Part shown: piece by piece, positions 55,391 to 64,000 of the stretch
How positions within the stretch are numbered: the stretch's first letter is position 1
Layout: each line of letters starts with the position of its first letter
NCBI RefSeq assembly: GCF_009914755.1
Contig: NC_060932.1
Strand: one strand, 5' to 3'
Source of the DNA: the human T2T-CHM13v2.0 reference genome, Homo sapiens
DNA length: 64,000 bases
Translations under genes and position numbers: made by a program
The notes under the pieces: generated by a model
Seen by the model: only the letters and a program-made list of their open reading frames with translations
Database searches by the model: none
Told to the model about the DNA's origin: nothing

Positions 55391-55999
55391 GAGTAAATTT
55401 TAACAAGTTTTTTATACCAGCTTTAAAAATAACAACGGTGAGTTTTAAAATGTCACATTCACCATAAAGAACTTTAAGGAAGAGTTAGTATGAATGATTC
55501 TTACATCATTTAGGAAAAAATTTACCACTGTGAAAGTGAGGTAAGATAACATATAACTAAGACAAAGGAATATGTCATGAATAAATTGTTCCTAATTTTT
55601 CTAAAAATATTCTGTCACCAGCTGATTGCAAACACTTTTGAGGAGAGCCAAAGTTTCAGGAAACACCAAGTAAAGTTAGAAGAAAGTAAATGTACTAACA
55701 GATATTACATTTCATTATCTTAATCATACTGGATGGTGCCCAAGAAAGTATGTTTTCTTTATAATTTGTTAAAGTGAAAGTCGTGTTCACTGAAAATTGC
55801 TCATGATTTAGCTCATCCTGAGATAAATATTCTTAAAAGCAGGAAAATATTTTACACTTCCCAGAGGTAAGTTATAGCCATATGCATTGGACACATGTAA
55901 GAAATGTAAATATTATGTAATAAAATGTATTTCAAAAATGTAGGAAACTATTTCTATTTCTATTAAATTATGTTTAAATATTCTCGCCAATCCTATGTC

Positions 56000-56750
56000 C
56001 TCCTCTAACCACAATTGTTTCTTCACATCTTCAGAGCTAAACTCTTGAAAAGATGACTTTCATTACCATTTTCATATCCTCACCTATTATTTCTTATTTC
56101 CAGCTTTCCAGTCTCATATCTTTTTTACCAATGCACTAAATTGTCTCTCACAAATTTACCTTTAGTTACCAAATCTGATACTTCTTCAGCCTTTGCAATA
56201 CATGATAACTATGTAGTTATTTGATACTATTGACCACTCCTTCTATTCATTTGTTTTTGAAATCCTGACCTCCGAAAACCTACTCATATAATCTCCATTT
56301 CATTTGATAGATACTCAGACTGAAATTCTTAGGATCATCGCAGATTGTTCTTTCTCTCATACCCTTCTTGTACGCCATCAAGAAATTCTATTGTTTCTAC
56401 CTTAACATTTCACTGTCACCACCGTAACTACCTGGTTACAGAGTAACTTGCCATAATACCTTTCACCTGATTTACTGAAGAAGTTCCAATTCAGTTTCTT
56501 TTCTTTGTTCCTTTAATTCTGATTCTTAACACTTTAAGTGATTCTTTAAAAACATAAGTCAGATCATGCCACTTCTCTTCTCAAAATCTGGAAATGGCTT
56601 CCAAATTCACTCTGAGTATAAACCAAAGTCTGTACAATGATCTATAAGGCCCTGCAACATCTGCCCCTGTTCCTACGACCTCTAACTTCACCTGAAAACA
56701 CCTTTAGCTCTTTTTCAGTAAGCCAGCAAGCATGCCTGCCATTTTTAAAA
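56000..56750 (+). mobile_element. L2 fragments
   Basis: tttgatactattgaccactcc, aaaacataagtcagatcatgccact, aaggccctgca. Confidence 0.75.
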
Positions 56751-58789
56751 CATTGTTGTAGATGAATAGATTAGAAAATCTGTTTTGATTGCCTAGGGAA
56801 AAGGAAAACTTCGTGACCAGCCAAACCACAGGAAATACAGGTGGCTTCAGGAGCAACCAGAACAAATCTTTAATGGTGTCAGTAGTCTTTCTTTCAACAT
56901 TCATTCTTTTTTAACGAAAGAATTTTAAATTCTGTTGCAAAAAGACTACCGATACCATAAGAATGTTATCTGGATAAAAGTATAATGTACTCAGAAACTC
57001 TATCAATGAGCTATGCTCAGGATGAGCATGATTTTCTGGCCCTATGAGAACTACATTGGAAATGAGAGAGGAGTAGCTCTCCAAGTTGAGAGGGTTTTCA
57101 TGTCCCCAAATTGGAAAAACTACAAGTTAAAGAAAACACATTACTATAATGAGAAAAACATTAGATATATTATATTTATAATATGACACCATGGATGTCC
57201 TGAGGTCTCATATAACCATGGTCTAAAACAAATCACATACTATATTGTGCTATTTTCAAGTTTTTAAAGCTTAATATCAGATAGTACTGGTTTATTTGTC
57301 ATATTGATAATACCAATGATTGCAAAATCTTGACTTTATTAGCATCTTTATATTGGAACCACCTGAAAACACTAAAGTCTAAATAAGTGTCTATGCAAAG
57401 GAAAACATTACCCAAATGAGCATATAATGGGCTACCACTACAGTGTCTTGGAAAGCCTGAATCCATGGAGCAAGATTAGTTAACAAAAAAATGTCTGTCC
57501 AAATATTTAAATATGTCAGCATAGCACAAAGGAGGAAGGAAATTGATGATTCTTCAGTTGTCAGAATTTATAGTTAGCTGATTGGAATGATTCAGGAGCT
57601 CTTGCTTTGCCAGCAGTGTGAGTATATTTGTACTATGCCAAAATAAGATACAACACTAAGAATAATATATGGGCTCATGAAGCTCTGCTATTTGCCAAAA
57701 ATATATCATTCTAAATTTAGAATTTGAATATTTATTGCAACTATGTAGTGTCTATTATATAGTAGTGTGTTTAAATATGCAACAGTGTGTTTAAATATAA
57801 GATTGGTTGAATTTTATTCTCTTTGTGGTTCCAAGATCAAAGGCTTATCATCAAGGGACTACATATGGTTAGAATCTGAAGTAGCCATATACCACCAAGA
57901 GATTTAATACAAATATTGTAAATGGAATTGTGGTTTCACAGCATACACCAAGTACATGTGGTTTAATATTGTTTGAAAAGAACATATAGATTTCAGCTTG
58001 CTATAAAGTTCATAAAGAAGTTCATTATGGCTTCACGAATCTCCCTTGTATCGAACACAGAAAATAAACACAGGAAAAGTAGAGTTATGAGTTGATTAGA
58101 AATATTCAGTAGCTAAGAGCTATGCTATTTTCTGATGTAACAAAAAGGTGTTCTGTATATTTTCAGTAATATTTGTGTGTGTGAACATGTGTGTGTGTGG
58201 ATGTGTGTTGTACATGTGTAACTGTGCTTTCATACCTGCTTGAGTGTGTATTTAAAACCTCAGAGGTGCTAATGATTTTCACTGAGTTAGCCATAAATAT
58301 CAATATGTCAACTGCTCATGACTCACTGAACACATTTTCAAGATGGTTGAAATGAGATATTCACTCTGGAATAGAATAAGTTTTCGTGTGAAACTTAAAA
58401 GCTTAATAACAATAACACAACCTTGTATTTATTATTTCACTGGGCAGTGCATATGTCTAATTCAAGTAACAGTGACAAACATTAAGAATGTTATTATTAT
58501 ATTTTTCATTCTGTAGAAGCTTGTTGCGTATCTAGTCCCTCTACTGAACTGTAAGCTCCACAGGATGAAGAATCAATATTGGTTTTGTTCCCTATTATAC
58601 CACAGTCTCTGACTCCATGAAATATCTGGTGATTGAATGGTCTTCCATAATATAGTTAATTAATTTATAATTCAAAAATTTAAGTAGCTTGCCGATGAAA
58701 CGACAGTTAATAAATTATGAATTTGGGCTTCAAGTTCAAATAAATCTTAACCTAGAATTAATGCCCCTCCTTACCCTACACAATCTTTG

Positions 58790-60985
58790 AAAACATTTGT
58801 TGTGGTGAAATATATAAAAATTTTATCATTTGAAACTCTACAATTCAGTGGCATTTAATACATTTACAGTGTTGTGAAAGTGTCAACATTATCTGGATCC
58901 ACAGCATTTTCATCACATGAAAAGGAAACTCCAATCTCATTAATTCCCAATTCCTTCTTCCTCCAAGCCTCTGACGACCACTAATTTGCATACTATTTCC
59001 ATGAATTTACCTATTCTGGCTCCTTCATTCATCATGACATTTATAATGCTCATTCATTTTGCAACATTTATTTATATTTCATTTAAGTGCTGAATAATAT
59101 TCCATTGCAAGAATACAAATGTTATTTACACACTCATTAGTTGATGGACATTTCATTTTTTCCATATTTAAATTATTGTGAATACAGTTGTGACAGACAT
59201 TCCTGTACAAGGTCTAGTCTGAACCCTTGCTTTCAATTCTGTTGGGTATACAACCAGAAGGAAAATTCCTGAGTCATATGGTAATTCAATGTTTAATATA
59301 TTAAGAAATCACCCAATCATTTTCAACAGTGGTGGCACAATATTTTGTTCCCATCAGTAATGTACAAGACTTGCAATTTCTTCACATTCTTGCCAACATT
59401 TATTCTCCTTTTTTAAGTTATAGCCAGCCTAGGGGTTACAAAGTGGTATTCCATTGTGGATTTGGTTTGCTTTTCCCTAATGACGAATAACTTTGAGCAT
59501 CATTTTACACATTTGTTGGATATTTGTATATCTTCTTTAGAGAAATGTCTATTCAAATTCTTTGCCCATTTTTGAATTAAGTATTCTTTTTTATTCTAGA
59601 TGTAAGAGTTATCTGTATAATCTAGAAATGAGTCTCATCAGATTTATGATTTTCAAATATATTCTCTCATTCCATGTGTTGTCTTTTTACTATATTTATA
59701 GTGTCCTTTGTGGCATATAAGTTTTAATTTTGATGAAGTTAAATTTCTCTATTTTTTCTTCATTTAGTTATGGTTTTGTACCATATCTAAGAATTGATTG
59801 GCAAACCATGAAGAAACTTGATTCATATCTGTTTCTTCTATCAAACCATATGATCCACAAGATGTGGAGATTTATGTTCATATTTTCTTCAAGATTTAAA
59901 AATCTATTAGGTTTATATAGTTTATTAAGTTTATATTCATTTAGTTTTGTATATGGTATGTGATGAGGGTCCAGCTTTATTCCTTTGCATGTGGCTATCC
60001 AGTCATCCCAGTATCATTTGTTTATGAGACTATTTTTCACAGTTGAATGGTCTTGGTACCCTGGACAAAAATCAATTTAACATAGATATATGAATTTATT
60101 TATAGATTTTTATTTGATTTGACTAAGCTGTATCTCTATTTTTATGCTGGTATTACACTTTCTATTACCAAAGACTTGTATTAAGTTTTGTAATCAGGAA
60201 GTATGAGTTCTCCCACTATGTTCTTCTTTTTCAAGATTATTTTGGCTGTTAAGGCCTCCTTGAAATTTTACAAGAATGTTAGGATCACTATCCACCTTTC
60301 TAATAAAACATAGTGTATTAATAATGAATGCATCAAATCTGTAAATGTCTTTGGAGAACATTTAAAATATTAAGCTTTCCAATCCATGGATATAGGATAT
60401 CTTTCCATTTATTTAGGTCTTTAATTTCTTTTAGCAATGTTTTCTAGTTTTCAGTGAATAAGTCTTGTCCCTCCTGGGACAAACTTCCTTCTAGGTATTT
60501 TGTTATTTTTGATGCTGTGTAAAAATAATTCTTAGGTTGGTGCAAATAATTGCTGTTTTTGCCATTAAAAGTAATGGCAATCCAATCACATCTCACCAGG
60601 TCCCTCCCTGGACACATTAAAAGTAATGGCAAGACTAGCAATTACTTTTGCACCAACCTAATATTTTATTAATTTCCTTTCAAGTGTTCATTGCCAGTAT
60701 ATATAAATACAATTAGTTTTGCTTGCTAATCTTGTATCCTGAAACTTTGCTGAATTATTGGGCTCTACTGGCTTTTTGTTTCTGTGGATTCTTCATGACT
60801 ATGAAATCATGTCAACTGCAAATAGTTTTGCTTATTCCTTTTTGATTTGGTTGCTATTAACTTACTTTTCCTGAAAAATTACATGGAGTATATTTTCTAA
60901 TATACTATTTAAAAGATATGACAGAAGTAGGCACCCTTATCTTGTCCCTGAACCTAGAGGGATGTTTTTATTTTTTCATCATTTT
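58790..60985 (-). mobile_element. L1MB-type 3' portion
   Basis: caattcagtggcattta...tctttagagaaatgtctattcaa...ggcacccttatcttgtccctga. Confidence 0.9.
60532..60661. mobile_element. MADE1 (Hsmar1-derived MITE) with a central insertion and duplication
   Basis: TIRs TTAGGTTGGTGCAAA... and ...TTTGCACCAACCTAA; 18-bp direct repeat around a 34-bp insert. Confidence 0.93.
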
Positions 60986-61637
60986 TCTTGACATCCTCTT
61001 CATCAACTTCTAATTCTATCTCTCTAACTAGAAAAAGAGACCATATCTTTGGGCTCTTTAGTTCTTCATACCTACTTATATACTGATCCAATTATGTTGG
61101 ACAATTAAAATCTATTAGTAGCAATGGATTTACAATGATTTATTGAGTAAACTATTGAGGCCCAAATAATTTTTTGAAAATGGAAAAATTGAATTGTCCA
61201 TATTTTATGCCTGAAGGATCTTATTGTTATGATATTTTATAAAACATGATAAGAGTAATAATGGAGAGGTGTTTGGGCTCCTATGCAAGATCTCTAATAA
61301 AAGAAGTCCTAACAAAATAGGACAGTTTATTGAAGATCTTTTCCTAGGTATTCAAAAAGTACAAGTCAGACTAAGTAACTACCATTCTTCTTATCCACAT
61401 TATGTCATTCATATAGCTATATTCATATAGCTCTGTGGACACTGGCAATCTCTATAGTTTCCTCTGTTCCCATCACAGAGCCCTGTGCTCAACAAGTATC
61501 AATAAATAATTGCCAATAAGTTAAAGGAATGAAAAGAAATCACGGGAACTCAAACTTCCAGCTTGAAACTGAATCACTGCTTTCCTTAGCCAGTGCAACT
61601 AATTTAGTTATTGGTCTGGTAAATAGTCCTGAATATG

Positions 61638-62407
<770 letters not shown>

Positions 62408-62409
62408 AT

Positions 62410-64000
<1,591 letters not shown>

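Noticed and set aside
57764-57800. Short tandem duplications (agtgtgtttaaatat twice; similar ones near 9067, 17102, 50221, 61407, 63835)
   Set aside because: Ordinary slippage micro-duplications; no CRISPR-like repeat-spacer regularity.

Overview
AT-rich primate (probably human) non-coding DNA, either a gene desert or a large intron, made almost entirely of interspersed repeats: L1 of many ages, Alu J/S/Y, MaLR LTR elements (MST, MLT1), L2, MIR and DNA-transposon MITEs (MER20, MER94, MADE1, hAT-Charlie). I find no credible protein-coding gene; the ORFs I could trace are Alu, L1 or LTR read-throughs or low-complexity chance ORFs. The notable structure is at repair and insertion junctions. (1) Three short segments were copied from 1-2.5 kb away into new sites: 182 bp into a (TA)n tract, 460 bp with a multi-switch fold-back junction, and 34 bp into the centre of a MADE1 palindrome. 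(2) A tRNA-Gly(TCC)-like 5' half is fused in inverted orientation to a truncated L1PA inside one target-site duplication (TSD). (3) Also present: two twin-primed L1PA insertions, a possible 36-bp micro-insertion, a three-arm Alu, a young AluYg6-like element and a short telomere-like tract. Subfamily names come from my recall of consensus sequences and should be confirmed with RepeatMasker/Dfam.
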